This document shows, piece after piece, positions 47,689 through 60,089 of a DNA stretch of 64,000 nt. The stretch's first letter is position 1, and each line of letters starts with the position of its first letter. Origin of the DNA: Lama guanicoe. Its lineage: Eukaryota. The stretch covers positions 496,001 through 560,000 of the forward strand of contig MU054001.1 in assembly GCA_013239625.1 (NCBI GenBank). The letters run 5' to 3'. The translations under genes were made by a program, and so were the position numbers. Under the pieces are notes generated by a model, which worked only from the letters and a program-made list of their open reading frames with translations, did not search any database and had not been told where the DNA came from.

Positions 47689-49016
47689 TAAAATAAAAAT
47701 AGTTGGTGTTGCATCTGGGCATCCAGGAGAAGCATCCCTTCCTTGAAAGGATTGGCAAGCACTAACCTCGTGGGACCCATTTCAAAATGGAAAGATGGAG
47801 GATGTGGCGGGGGAAGGAAATGGCAGGGTCCCCCAGGGGATGGGTAACAGGTTCCAGCCCTGGATGCAGGTTACGTGTCTTCAGGCCCCAACGGTCTTCC
47901 AACAAAGCAGCCCAGCTGGGGGCAGGGCTGGCCTTTTCTCCTTCTCTGGGCCTGTGGCAGGTCAGGGGTTGGTGTGTGAGGCATGAACTGGAGCAGATAA
48001 TAGAACCTAACTAAACGTCTGCAGCCCAGCACCAGCTCCTCTGAGCATCCTGGCAAGGGGCACCCAAGGACTGGTCACTGGGATTGCTGGGCATGAGCCC
48101 AGGAGCGAGTGGCGGCGGGGTGCGAGGGAGCAGCCCTTGCCCCCGGAGCCACCAGACAATCGCCCCGCAGCCCACAGCCCTCCTGCAAACAAGCTGTTGT
48201 GCCCGAGAGGACATGGTAATAGCAGGCCCTGCCACCCTGCCCTCTCTCTGTGTCGGGGAAGGTCTGCAATTACCGTCTTAACCGACTCAGATATGGCTGG
48301 TGGAGGGTAGACATTTCCTGAAGCTGTATACAATTTCTGCACATTTTTTCCTACTCTCCCTCTTCTAGGGCTGGGGGTTCAGGCTCCTTCCCTCCAGCCC
48401 CAGCCCTCGAACTTCTCCTGCAAGGCCAGTGGTGAGAACAGAACTGCAGTCTTCCTCACCCAAGATTCACATCCACGGCTGCCAGCTGAGGCTGGGGGAT
48501 TGGAGGGGGAGCGGTAGAGAGAGGTCCCCATCTAATGGTCCCTGCCCAGACCTTCACGGAGCCCAAGCCTGGAATTTCGCCATCAGAGAGCCAGTCCTTT
48601 GGTAAAGCATGGCTCTCATAAAAGCACCTGCCAGACAATGTTTATCTCTGAGGACACCAAAGGGACTTCTTAAGAGAAAGTCAATGGTGTAAATGCCTAT
48701 ACAAAGAGCACGCCAAAAATTAAATCTGCCCAGGCCTGAGCTGAGGGACAGGCGGTAAGTAGTCTGAATAGGTTAGACCCGAGTCTCTGGTTTGAGATTT
48801 GGCATCCACCACTCCCCGTCAGCCCTGCAGGCCCAGAGACAGGTATCAGAGAGTCGCCACAGAAAGAGGCAAGAGGCTGGGAAGTAGAAAGAGGAGCCAA
48901 GGAGATTTCAGGGCTGTAGAGAAATCTACTGACAGTGCCTGAATGGGACCTAGAACTAGCCACTGAATCTCTGTGTGTCTCAGTTTCCTCATCCGTAAAG
49001 TGGGGCTGATAATTCT

Positions 49017-49380
49017 ACTAATTGGGACAAGCTAGGTTATCCTGTGGTGACAAACAACCCCAAAGCTCAGTGGCTTCCAACAACACGAGTTTATTTCTCA
49101 CTCATGCTGCGAGTCTACTGTGGGTCGGCCAGGAGTTTCTGCTCATGGTGTTCAGAGTAGCTATCAATCCAAATGTCTCTGGTTGATAACAGGAGGGAAA
49201 AAGAATGATGGAGATCTTGAACTAGCAACGTGCTCTGGCCTATAAATAACAGGTCCCTTCTGTTCACACTCATTGGCCAGAAATGGTCTCCTGATCCATC
49301 CAATAACAGGAGGCCAGGAAGTGCAGTCCTGGAGGGAGAAAGCCGGAAACACTGGGTGAACAGCATTAATATTCACCACA
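49017..49380 (-). mobile_element. MLT1J-like MaLR LTR inserted in a MIR
   Basis: GCTAGGTTATCCTGTGGTGACAAACAACCCCAAA...TTTATTTCTCACTCATGC; MIR pieces at ~48950-49016 and ~49380-49480. Confidence 0.75.
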
Positions 49381-49879
49381 ATAATCATAGAACATACTTC
49401 TAGGGTGATTGAGAGAATTAAATGAATTAAACTTGTAATAAGTTCTATATAAATATAGGCTGTTCATATTATAATAATGATGATGACGGTGAAGTTTATT
49501 ACTAGTAAGAATATTAAAATGGGACCCAAGTAAACTATCAATGAAGGAATGATGACTGTTCTGCATTGCTATTAAAATGATACTAGAAAATTTGATGTGA
49601 TATCGAGAAGGACCAAATCCTGGCTCTGCAACTAATTCGCTGTGTGATCTTAGGAAATGCGCTGTTTGTCTCTGAGCTTCCAATTCCTCTGTTATACAAC
49701 AGGGGCCTCGGGCTCATTATTCAGGAATGGGCTTGGGGGGTAGGTAGGATGGAAATAAAAGGCATCAAAAGGCTGGCTTATCTTACCCTCCCTAGCTGGG
49801 GTGGCATGTACCCCTTGGTGCTGAGCTCAGGAAAATCCTTGACATTGGAGCTGTCTGCGTCAGGCTTATGAATCTCAAT

Positions 49880-50490
49880 CCCTAAATTATGGGTGACAGT
49901 GGCTTCTTAAAGAGGAAATGAATTGTTGCAACACAATCCAGCCATGTTGTATCGATATGATTAGCTAGTTATCCACGGAGTGCAGTAATTTGCTTTGATT
50001 TTTAAGTATCCGTTAGCAGCCAAGTCCTAATGAGGCGGCTCTAAATTGATTAGATACTCCAAGATACAGCACGGTTCACAGATTGTTTCAGAAACCTGTC
50101 AAGATCCCGAGACTGGCATTTCATTGGATTTAATGATTGCTGGAGAAGGTGTGCATCCCAGCCAGATACAATCACATTTGTCAGCATGATCCTTTTAAGC
50201 ACAATTCAATTAAAGTGTTATTCTCTAATTTTATTAGAACTGGAGCCCAGAGCTAATGCAGGCTCCCGATATTGCGTCAGGAGGGGAGTGTGCACAATTT
50301 AATTTCCCTAATTGGAGTTTAGTGATCTAACATGCTTTTCATATCTTAATTCTTGGGATAATCTCCGGTTTTTGCACCTGCTACAATTCCTTTTAATGGA
50401 AATGAGGAATCAGATGCAACGGTTACGCCTGGCATGGACTCATTGGGTCACATCTGCCTCATTGAAAGGAATTTGCACATCTGGATTTTT
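49880..50490. promoter_or_regulatory. Candidate enhancer / conserved non-coding element (paired-like homeodomain dimer sites)
   Basis: TAATTTTATTA 50226-50236, TAAATTGATTA 50042-50052, CAATTCAATTA 50202-50212, CTTTGAT 49993-49999, ATCGAT 49951-49956; 600 bp repeat-free. Confidence 0.6.
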
Positions 50491-50939
50491 GCTTTTACCT
50501 GATCCTTTCCCACTGGTCTTGGCCTCGACTTTGATGAGGAGCATCTCCAGCCTGGATATAATCAGCTTTGCCTACCAGGCTGACAGTCTCAGAATGAGAG
50601 TGATGGAAAGGATGAGGGCTGGTTTTGGATCTCAGCTCCATCAGGCATCCATCCATGCACTTGATCATGCACCTTAGTGGGTGCCTACTCTGTGCCAGAC
50701 ACTGTGTTAGGTGTTGAGGGTACAAACATGAGCAAGTCAGACGTGGCCTCTGACACCATGGAACTTAGAGCCTGCTGGGGAGAGGGTCATAAAATAGGAA
50801 TCCCACAGATATCAAAACAATTGCCATTGTAATAAAACATGTGAAGGGAAGGAAGATTACATGAGAGACCTCGTCCCACTCCAGGCTTAGCTAGAGGGAG
50901 GCTTCTACAATGTTCCCGTGGCCTGAGCAGCAGCTGCCC

Positions 50940-51430
50940 CTTGTGCCTGTCACTCAGAGCACATGCGGGAAAACAAAACCCACTCTGGGAAATCAACGGG
51001 GGCATTGAATACTGGGAGTTTGCTACAAAGAGAAGAGCTAGAACAGCAATGAGGAGAAAGTGAGGCAACCCTGAGATTAACAGCTGGGAATGGAAGGACA
51101 GGGGGAAGAGCTGATGCTATGAGAGCTCAGGAATGGTGACCACCAGCATAGGCCACCCTGCCAAAGATGGGACTGTGGGGACAGCAGCCAGCCAGTAGGA
51201 AAAGGCTGCAGCCTGAGACACTACCTACAACAGGGAGAAGGGGAGGAATACCCTGGCTTCTCCCTTCTTCCCGCCCCCAGCACCTCCTATTGGCTGGACC
51301 TAGTTAGGAGCCCATTGTTAAAGGACTATGGGAAATGTAGTTTGCAGGGGTCCATCCCTATACTGCAGTGCACAGTGGGAAAAGGAAGTGGGATAGGTCT
51401 GAGAGCACACAGGTGAGTGACCAGCCACCC
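50940..51430 (-). mobile_element. Old ERVL-type LTR
   Basis: GGAAAACAAAACCCACTCTGG...CCTCCTATTGGCTGGACCTAG...TGGGAAATGTAGTTTGCAGG. Confidence 0.55.
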
Positions 51431-52299
51431 CTAGACGGCACAGATGCTGTCCACTTTGCCACCTGGTCCAACAAACCCATCATGTTAGCTGCCTGGACCA
51501 GGGGCAAGTGTATTCATGACCCATGGTGTTGAGAGAGGACTCTCAAGCCAAACGAGGCCACATGCAAGATGATGTTTTAAGGCAGTAAAACCAGAAAGCA
51601 GGTGGGAGAGTAGAGGAAAAAGATACTTCCTGGGAGGCTGAAGAAGCCTCTGAGGGTGGTTGGTACAGCCCGTACAGACAGGTGATGCATGCATTTCTGA
51701 CTTAGGGCTGGAGCTGCCCTTCAAGTCCTGCACTCCAGGGGTTGCTTCTTTTTCTGTTTCCTGCCATGTGCCCTCCAAGACATGAAATCCTTTGAGTGAG
51801 GCTCTGTCTCTTGACACCCGTAGGCCGCACATGGAACAGGCAGTTCTGGGCTCTGTGGCATCTTTCCCAATCTCAGGACATTTTCTTCCTGGTTATTTTA
51901 TTTTAGTGTTGTGATAACCTGAAAAATGGGCAAGCAGTCAGCTCCATTTGACAGATGAGAAAACTGAGGCCAAAAAAAAGAGTGAAGGGGTTTGTCAAGG
52001 TCACACTGGGAGTTGCTGGCTTTCCCAGCACCAGCCCTCAAGGCCTGGGACTATGAGTTTCAGCTCCACGTCCCCTTCTCCAGGTTGTCACTGACATGGA
52101 TTCCCCAGGGACATCTCAGCTCCCCCTTCTGCCTCCAGAGATAAACCTTACTAGCCTGAGTCTGTCAGAACGATTTGGATTTCAGTTAAAAACCTGGGAA
52201 CTTCTACCCCAAGCCACCTAACGGGAAGAGAGTGAAGAGAGGAGAAGAAATCCTTCAGGGACAGAAGGTGGATGAGAAACACTTTTCTGGGAGTAATCA

Positions 52300-52970
52300 G
52301 TAAAAACTAACACTTGCCTAGGTATTAGACAATGTGCTAAGTGCTTTACATGAATTACCTCATTTCATCTTCCCCAAAACCCTAGGAGGTGGGAAACGGG
52401 GGTGTATGACAGGCAGATGAAGTATCTAGGGGCACAGAGAGGTTATGTAATATGTCCAAAGTCACACAGCTAGTAAGTGGCAGAGCCAGGATTTGAACTC
52501 ACAAAATTTGAGTTTAGAATCTTTGCTCTTAACATGTGTTAACTCATTTCAGCTTCCAAACTCTCCTGTAATGGGGTGCTATCAGTACTTGCATTGTGGA
52601 GATAGTAAACCTGAGATTCAAGGAGGGAACGTGATCTGCCCAAGGTTTAAGCCTTTTGAGCAGCACACTGGTAGGCCTTTTCTATTTGGGTCCAGGCCAG
52701 ACAGCCCCTCTGTGGGATGGAGACATGAGATGATAGATACTGATGGTAATTGACACTGAATGTGTATTCACAAGGTGTCAGCCACAGTTCTAAGTGCTTT
52801 ATGAGCATTAACACATGTAACTCTTACATGAATCCTCTGAAGGAGATATGGCTTACCCCCATTATACAGATCAGGAAACTGAGGCCCAGAGAGGTTAGGT
52901 CGTTTGCCCAGGATCACACAGCTGGTAAGTAAAGCAGTCTGGCTCCAGAGTCTTTCTGCTTTTCTGTTGT
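52300..52970 (-). mobile_element. Cluster of three MIRs
   Basis: GTCACACAGCTAGTAAGTGGCAGAGCCAGGATTTGAAC; CCCCATTATACAGATCAGGAAACTGAGGCCCAGAGAGGTTA. Confidence 0.85.
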
Positions 52971-53289
52971 ATCTCCTGGACAAAAGCCTTCTTTAGGCCT
53001 GAAAGTCACTGATCATCATGCAAAATTAGCATCTAGGTATGGGGGAAAAGTATCTAGGGAAACACTGGCCTCCCCGACTCTGAACAGCACTGGATAATAG
53101 CTGATGTGGCCCAGATCAGGGGTGGGAGCCACCCTTAGCTGGCACAGGAAAGACCCAAGAGTGAGATGCTCGTGTCCGAGGCTCCTCCAGGATCTGGGCT
53201 CACTAATGGAAACCCACAGGATGTACCAGTAAGATGCTGTGATAGGGAAGGTGAGCACCTTGCTCTGCTCTGCACAGGGGTGATCTTAC

Positions 53290-53870
53290 TGTCAGAAATG
53301 ATTAGGGGTTAGGTTTGTCTGCTAGCCAGCCTAGGGGCCAATGCAGGGGGCACGGAGCCGGAAGATGAGAGGTGGGCTATTAAAACAGATAGAGCAGCAG
53401 ACTTAGAGAGGCCAGGGGAGGGGAAAGGGGGAGTGAGATTGAGAGAGAAGGGAAAAAGAGGAGAGAGACATATTGAAGCAATTGGGGGGAAAAAAGTAAA
53501 AGGAGAGAGAATCATTTCAAGCAAGTTCTTTTTAATCTTCCCTCCCCCCACCCCTTGCCCCATCCCTGTTTCCCTCCCCACTCCAAGTTGTGGTTAAGTT
53601 ATCCCATAAATAGCACATAGAATGAGACTCGCCTCTTGGAAAATGATTTAGGGAAATAATTAGATTATCATCTTCGTGAGCACTGGCCAAATAAAATGAT
53701 TCTGGCCTCTTTTCATTCCAAGATGGGGCCACGGCGGTGGAGGAAAGGAAGGGGGAACCAGGTTCTGTGTCTGCTGGTGGAATTACCTCTCAGCTGCTCT
53801 GTCTCTCACACGAGTGGTGAAGATTCATTTCATCTTCATGTCTGACTGTCCTGGAGGAGTAAGTGCTCAG
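53290..53870. promoter_or_regulatory. Candidate enhancer with P3 homeodomain dimer site
   Basis: TAATTAGATTA 53657-53667, CTGTCA and TGATTA near 53290; repeat-free. Confidence 0.45.
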
Positions 53871-54449
53871 GACAGTGAAAAATGGTGGGCGGTTCCAGAA
53901 AGAGCATCAAAGAAATGAAGTCAGGCCTCCAGCCTCCATCCCCACATGGGGGCCCCGATGCCAGCGCCCAGGATGACAGGGAGCCCAGGACTCCCCTGAG
54001 ATGCTAGGAAAATCCACAGCCCTTGTCCCCACAGTTTTAGGGCAGAAGCCTCTGCTCCCCTCCTGGACCCCAGGGCGAGAGAGGTAATGATGCCTTGACG
54101 GCGCCCTGCCCCACAGAGCTGGGTAGGGGAGCAGGCTTATTTATGATGCTGCTTGAGTTTCATTTGACTTGGGCAGACAGATGAGCTTGCCCCCAAGAAG
54201 AGCAGCTTTTGATAACTCGCTTTCCTCAATTCAGAGTTTCTTGTTAGAACTCTGAGCTATAGATGAATAGCCCCAGTGAAATATTCATTGGTGGGATTTC
54301 TTAAATGGTCAAAATGTGTGGGATTTCTTTGTGTTTCTGTATTTTATAGCAACTGTGTTGACAGAAGCTTCATAATGCGGTGCTGTTTCCTCCTTGGCTG
54401 TGGCTCCTCCCCCCCCCTTCCTTCTCTCTCTCACTCCCTCTACCCCAAG

Positions 54450-55020
54450 CTTCAACAAGTATTTACTGAGCACCTACTCTGTGCCCAACCCTGTTCTAAG
54501 CTCTGAGAATCCAGCAGTGAACAAGACAAGCAAGACCCCTGCTCTCTTGTAATTCATATTCTGTAAAGAAATTATAGACAAAAACTAGACAAACCCACAG
54601 GCAACAATAATATAAATCATGTTCAGTGCCAAGAGAAAAAGTGGACAAAGGTCATGGGGTGGGGTAGGGGTGGGATGGAGCGGGCAGCGGGCACTATGTG
54701 GTTGGCCGGTCAGGGAAGACATCTCCGAGTGGGGTCTGGAGTAAAAGGGACAGCGGTAGTTGATGTTGGAGGAGAAGATGTGCGGTCAGATTATGCGAGA
54801 CCCAATTTTACTCTGGGTTAGATGGGAATGGGTCTGGCTACTGTGCGGGGAAATGGACCTCGAGGCAATAGTCCAAGTGAGAGATGGCGGGGATCGGGGG
54901 GAAGTAGTGGAGCCAGGGATCCTGGGTGTATTTTGCAGGTAGAGCCTGCCAAGTTTGCTTAGGAACTGGAGATGGTGTGGGGTCATCCTGGTATGATGAC
55001 AGAGTGAGGACCCGGGGAAC
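54450..55020 (-). mobile_element. L2 3' portion
   Basis: TTCAACAAGTATTTACTGAGCACCTACTCTGTGCCC...GCAATAGTCCAAGTGAGAGATGG. Confidence 0.85.
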
Positions 55021-55179
55021 AGAAGGCAGCTCCCTCCCTGGTGATGCAGTTGATAATGCCCTCACCCCTGGCCGTGGTGGGCACCTCCACTGCAGGAGGG
55101 CAAGCTGAGGCAAACACCTTGACCTTCCTCCCAGAGCTCTCTGGCGGCCAGCAGAGGAGGAGAAGGCACTCCTCACAGA

Positions 55180-55800
55180 ACATTTACTCTTGCCACCCCT
55201 GCCGGGGGCCTCTCTGCAAAGTGTTATTACCCCCTTTTTGCACAGGGAAAAAAAAAATCGGCCTCGATTTCCATTGATCCATCCTGAATCAATGCTTTTA
55301 AAAAATCTCACGCACATTTGGCTTAAGAGCCAAAGCATGCATTTTATGTTTTGACATGGTGTCATCGATCGGCGGCCTGTGCGTGTGTGTGTGTGTGTGT
55401 GCACCCCACCTGCCGGAGCCCCCCGCCCCCCCCCCCCGTGGGNNNNNNNNNNNNNNNNNNNNNNNNNNNNNNNNNNNNNNNNNNNNNNNNNNNNNNNNNN
55501 NNNNGTGTGTGTGTGTGTGTGCACCCCACCTGCCGGAGCCCCCCACCCACCCCCTCAGTGGCCAGCCTGGTCGCAGTGCGTCCTTAATGGCCTTGCCCCC
55601 GCCTGCACCTTCGATGCCTCCCCTGGCCCTCAGCATGGGGCCCTTTCGCAGGTTTTTTGAAAGGATCGATAAGGTGCTGAGGCCTCCCGCTGCTGCCTGT
55701 CACTCACCCTCCGCCATACCATAAATTATGTATCTGCCTCTCTCTCTCTCTGGCTCTGCCTAATTTCTCTTGCATTCATCGATGGCTCTGCGATGGTTGA
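55180..55800. promoter_or_regulatory. CpG-retaining candidate enhancer with five ATCRAT (CUT-domain) motifs
   Basis: ATTGAT 55273, ATCAAT 55288, ATCGAT 55364, 55665 and 55778; TGACATGGTGTCA 55352-55364. Confidence 0.5.
55443..55504. other. Assembly gap (62 N) with duplicated flanks
   Basis: N run; 55385-55424 identical to 55505-55544. Confidence 0.97.
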
Positions 55801-57929
55801 CTCTTTTCAGTCCTCTGAGGCAGGGGTGCAGTTGAACTTTAGGGAGGACACGGGTCGGCCAACTGGGTGGCAGGCTTAGGGCGGGGATGGAGGGGCGAGG
55901 GAGGCAGCAGCTGCTGGCGATGGCTGGAGGATGGAGAAGGGGTGGGGCTAGGGGGCTGAGCTGCTTCCAGTGGTCCTGGGACCTTCTCAGTGGGGTGACA
56001 GTAGATCAGAACCCATCCTCTCAGCCTAGGAAGAAGGGACATATTTCTGGGGGAGAAGCGAGAGGTTGAAGGTGGCATGAAATGTCATCTCCTGCCCAGA
56101 GATGCTAAGACTGGGGCCAGCTGAGGGTAGTGGAGATGGAGCATCCGTTAACTGGAGAATGGGCTTTCTTCACTCGGGAGCTTCCAGACCACCAGCTCAG
56201 GATGCTGAGTGATGTGTTAGAAAAGCAGTGGTCTGGAAGGCAGGAGGCCCAGTCCCTGTCCTTCACTTACTGCGTGACTTGAGCCTGTTCCCTTCCCTCA
56301 GAAGTATAGCCAGGGGATCAAAGCAGCTCCTACTCGTGACAGTTGCCAGCTATTGAGCATTTAAGCACTAAGTTCATCTTCCCAACAACTTCAGCACAAT
56401 CACAGCTCTTATTTACTGATGAGCATCGGAGGCCAGAGAGTTTAAGTCAGTCAGCTGCCCAAGATCACACAGCTAGAAGTGAGGGAGATTTGAACCCACG
56501 CCTCTCCACACCAGAGGCTGTGCTCCTGGTCACTCTGTCCTGCTCCTCTTCTGACTCCCCAGGTCCCTTCCTGCTTTCTTCCTCTTTGATTCTCTTGGAA
56601 TCTGTCCCCATGGTCTTTGCACTCTCGTCCCAGCCCTGAGCTGGGAGCCGAGCAGAGAGACCCGTTCATTCAGTATCCACTTCTATGTTTACTCATCTAT
56701 CTGAGAAGTACTTGGTACAGTGCTGCCATATAGCAGGTGCTATGTAAGTGCACGCTTTCATCATTCATTCGTCCTTTCACTCACTCACTGGCTCAGTCAT
56801 AGGGCTGGTTTGCACAACTCCAGGGAGTGACATTCATATGTGTGCTGGTGCGTTTTTCATTCTCTCTTGCAAGCCAGACACTGGCCCAGGGCCTTCGGAC
56901 TTCCCAGGTGAATAAAAGAGAGTCCCCCCTACCCCCAAGGATCTCAGTCTATAGCAGAGGAGGTGACGATGCCTATAAATACCCATAATCCCCACGCAAG
57001 GTGGAAAGCTGACAGCTCCTATAAGAAAAAAATAGAAAGTGGGAGAGGAAGGTGAGGAGCGGGGAGAGAAGGGAGGGGAGGAGGAGCTCAGTTACCTTCG
57101 GGGCTCATTGCCGGCAAAGTCAACCAGGGAATCCACAGAGGCGGAGAAATCGTGAAATGTCTGCCCCACCTGCAGGGGGCAGCAGTGGCCCATGTCCAGA
57201 CAACTGCTTTTGTCTAGGAATGTGGGGCCAGGATTGCCAAGTCTTCTGACTCTTTTTATAGGAGGTGGACATCCAAAAATTTTGGTGATATTTTCTGATT
57301 TTTAAAAAAATATAGTGCAAGTCAAACAAAAGGACCACTAGTTTGCAACTCTAGTTTGAGCTTTACAAGAAGAAATCAGTTCCTTCCCAGGAAAGCACGC
57401 ATGAGGGCATTTGAGCCTGATCTTGAAGACTTGGTGAGACTGACATGCAAGACAGGAAAAAAGGATTGGTAGGGACCTTAGAGAGAAGCCAGTTCTTCTG
57501 TATCTTTTCATATATTAGGAAATTACGGCTCAGGGGACTGGTTCATTTGGGTTGCTGGTTAAGAGGAGACAGGAAAATGGGGAACAGTTTGGAAGGGTAG
57601 GTTGGCAACAAATTGCAGAGGACTTGAATGCCAGGCTAGGAAGTCTGGGTTTGATGCCTCAGAGCCAACACTTCCGAGCACTAACTGTGTGCCAAGCCCT
57701 GTACACCATCATGTTTTATCATCACGATATAGTTACTATCATCCCCATTTTGCAGATGAGAAAACGGATGCTTAGTGAGTTTAAGACACCTGTCGAGTTC
57801 ACAGGGCCGGTAAATGGCAGAGCAGGTCCTCGGACCCAGGCCTTTCAAGAATGTTTGTGTTCTTGACCGCCATGTCCTACTGCAAGGGAAAAACGGGAGC
57901 CGTGGGTTTTTAAGAGAGGTTCCATCACC

Positions 57930-58150
57930 TAGACAGATTATTAGTTCTCTAACTCATTTACTCCTAGAGCCCCGGTGTGTTTTATTGATTTGAAGATTAG
58001 GTTTCCACATTTCTTGAGAAGTCTCTCCCCGCCCCTGTTTAAACACAGCTGTCTTTGAGGGTGGGGAGGAGGAGTATTTTAAACAGGAGTTGTTTAGCTA
58101 ATTGCCAATTATCTCTGAATAGGGTATGGTTTCCAACAGCTGTAAGGGAT
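57930..58150. promoter_or_regulatory. Candidate enhancer with several palindromic sites
   Basis: TATTGATTT 57983-57991, TTCTTGAGAA 58011-58020, TGTTTAAACA 58036-58045, CAGCTG 58046-58051, TAATTGCCAATTA 58099-58111. Confidence 0.45.
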
Positions 58151-59061
58151 TTTGGTCTCCATCCACTGCCTACTGTTGCTGGTACTTGGAGTGTGTTGAG
58201 ATATTCTTGGCCTCTTGCTTCAAAGAGACAAACCAGTGCCTCATCCTTCCTCCATTCACGCAGTCTCAGCCCTGCTTTCTTATTGATTGGCTGGCTTAGG
58301 AGGGTACTGACTGCTTTTGACTATAAGATGGGTAAAGACTGTCTGTCTGTCTGTCTGTCTATCTCTCTCTGAGTGCAAGTGGCCTGGTACTTGCGAAGGC
58401 AGAATTCTCCCCCAGGACTTGATACCTATGCTATCACTTTCCGATGCTTTTTAACATCTCCCTTGTGCGTAGAGGTTTCTTGTTGAAATAGGAGACCAGA
58501 CTTTTTGCCTCTTGCATCTCGAATCCAGCAGAAAGCTCAAAAGAAACTAATTGGAGATGCCAGAAGACCCCAATGCAGACGGGGGATGTTAATTGTCCCT
58601 TCTGGCTCTGTCTGCTGGATTCTTGGGAACAGGCCGAGGGGCAAACCTTTGTAAATGTTAATCTCCTTATGCTTAAGATATCACACTGTCTTTGATGTTC
58701 CCAAACATGTTCGCTCCTATCTTGGTGGAGGGTGTGTGGCCCAGACAGGCCAAATGCTTGTTTTGTCTTTCGTCTTCCTCCAGGAGGGCTCAATTGATAA
58801 TATGCTCACCTCCAGCTGAAATATGAACAAGTCCCTCTTCAAAGCCAGTGTGGGGGCGGGGAGGGATAGTGGGGGGCAGTGATACTCGGGGCCACTCCAC
58901 CCCTCTCCCCAGAAACCAAACATCATTTGAGTCATGTTCTCACCCAAGGCCCACCGGACTCGAGTGGTTGGAATTCAAGTGGATGATCCTGTCCATTACA
59001 AATTCCTCCACTACTATAGAAAGGGGAAAAAAGAAAATATTTTTTTAAATCTATTTATATT

Positions 59062-59510
59062 TGTATGGTTAAGGTAGCGCAGATTGCTGTAACAAATGAA
59101 ACCAAAAATGTATAATGGCTCAAATACACTGGAAGTTTATTTATTCCTGATGTCAAGTTCGGAATGAATGCTCCTGATTGGAGGTGGCTCTCCTCCAAAT
59201 GATGATTCAGGAACCCACATTCTTTGCCTTGTGGTCCTTTCATCTTCAACAATGGTTTCCAAGTTTGCTATGTTCATCTGCAGTGAGCCCTGGGAAGAGG
59301 AAGAGAGGGTGGGGAAGTCACACGCATGGCTTCACTGCTGGGGCCTGAAAACAGGACACATCACTTCCTGTGATTGGGGAGAACGAGTCACATGACCTCA
59401 CCTGCAAGTGAGGCTGGGAAATGTAGTCCCAGCTGGTAGCTGCTTCCCACTGACAACCTATACTAGGAAAGTGGGAGCATGACTTTTTGTGGGACAGACT
59501 CTCTGCCATA
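59062..59510 (-). mobile_element. MLT1 MaLR LTR
   Basis: TTGCTGTAACAAAT...ATGGCTCAAATACACTGGAAGTTTATTT...GATTCAGGAACCCA...GGCTGGGAAATGTAGTC. Confidence 0.8.
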
Positions 59511-60089
59511 TTCTTGAGCTGTGAGGGGACAGCTGGGACACAAGCAGAAGAGAAGCAGTTAGAACATATGGGTTTGAGTTTCAAAGTCTGGCTCTGTCCC
59601 TTTGGGTGGGTCACTTTCCCTTTCTGGGCCTGGTTTCCTGATCTGTAAAATGGAGAGAATGCAGAATGGGAAGAGATAATACGGTAATAATAAGGGTGAT
59701 CGAGTTATATTTTACCAGACATTCTACCTGTGGTTGTGCACTTAACTTGGATGTTAGAGTATTTGCAGCCGGTGGGGGGAGTGATGTAGTTAATGATTTA
59801 TATAGATTTCAACTTTACCCGGGAGGGAAAAAATGGAAAGAACTAGCAACACTGGGTCTGCATTCCTGTATGGTGATGATCAGCCAGCACTGATCCTAGA
59901 AAAGGTATCTGTGTAACTGATGGTCCCTACAATGCCACCACTCCTGGATGGCCTGCTGTGCCCATTTACCTGGCTTTTCTGTCCATGTCCACAAATTAAG
60001 TTTGAGACTCCTGAGCTGCACAAGTGTCATATGAGTTCATGATGATGATCCCACACAAGCTTCAGGAATATTTTACTTCTTCTTTTCTG

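Noticed and set aside
54838..55724. Longest ORFs (up to 228 aa)
   Set aside because: They run through Ns, a GT repeat and an L2
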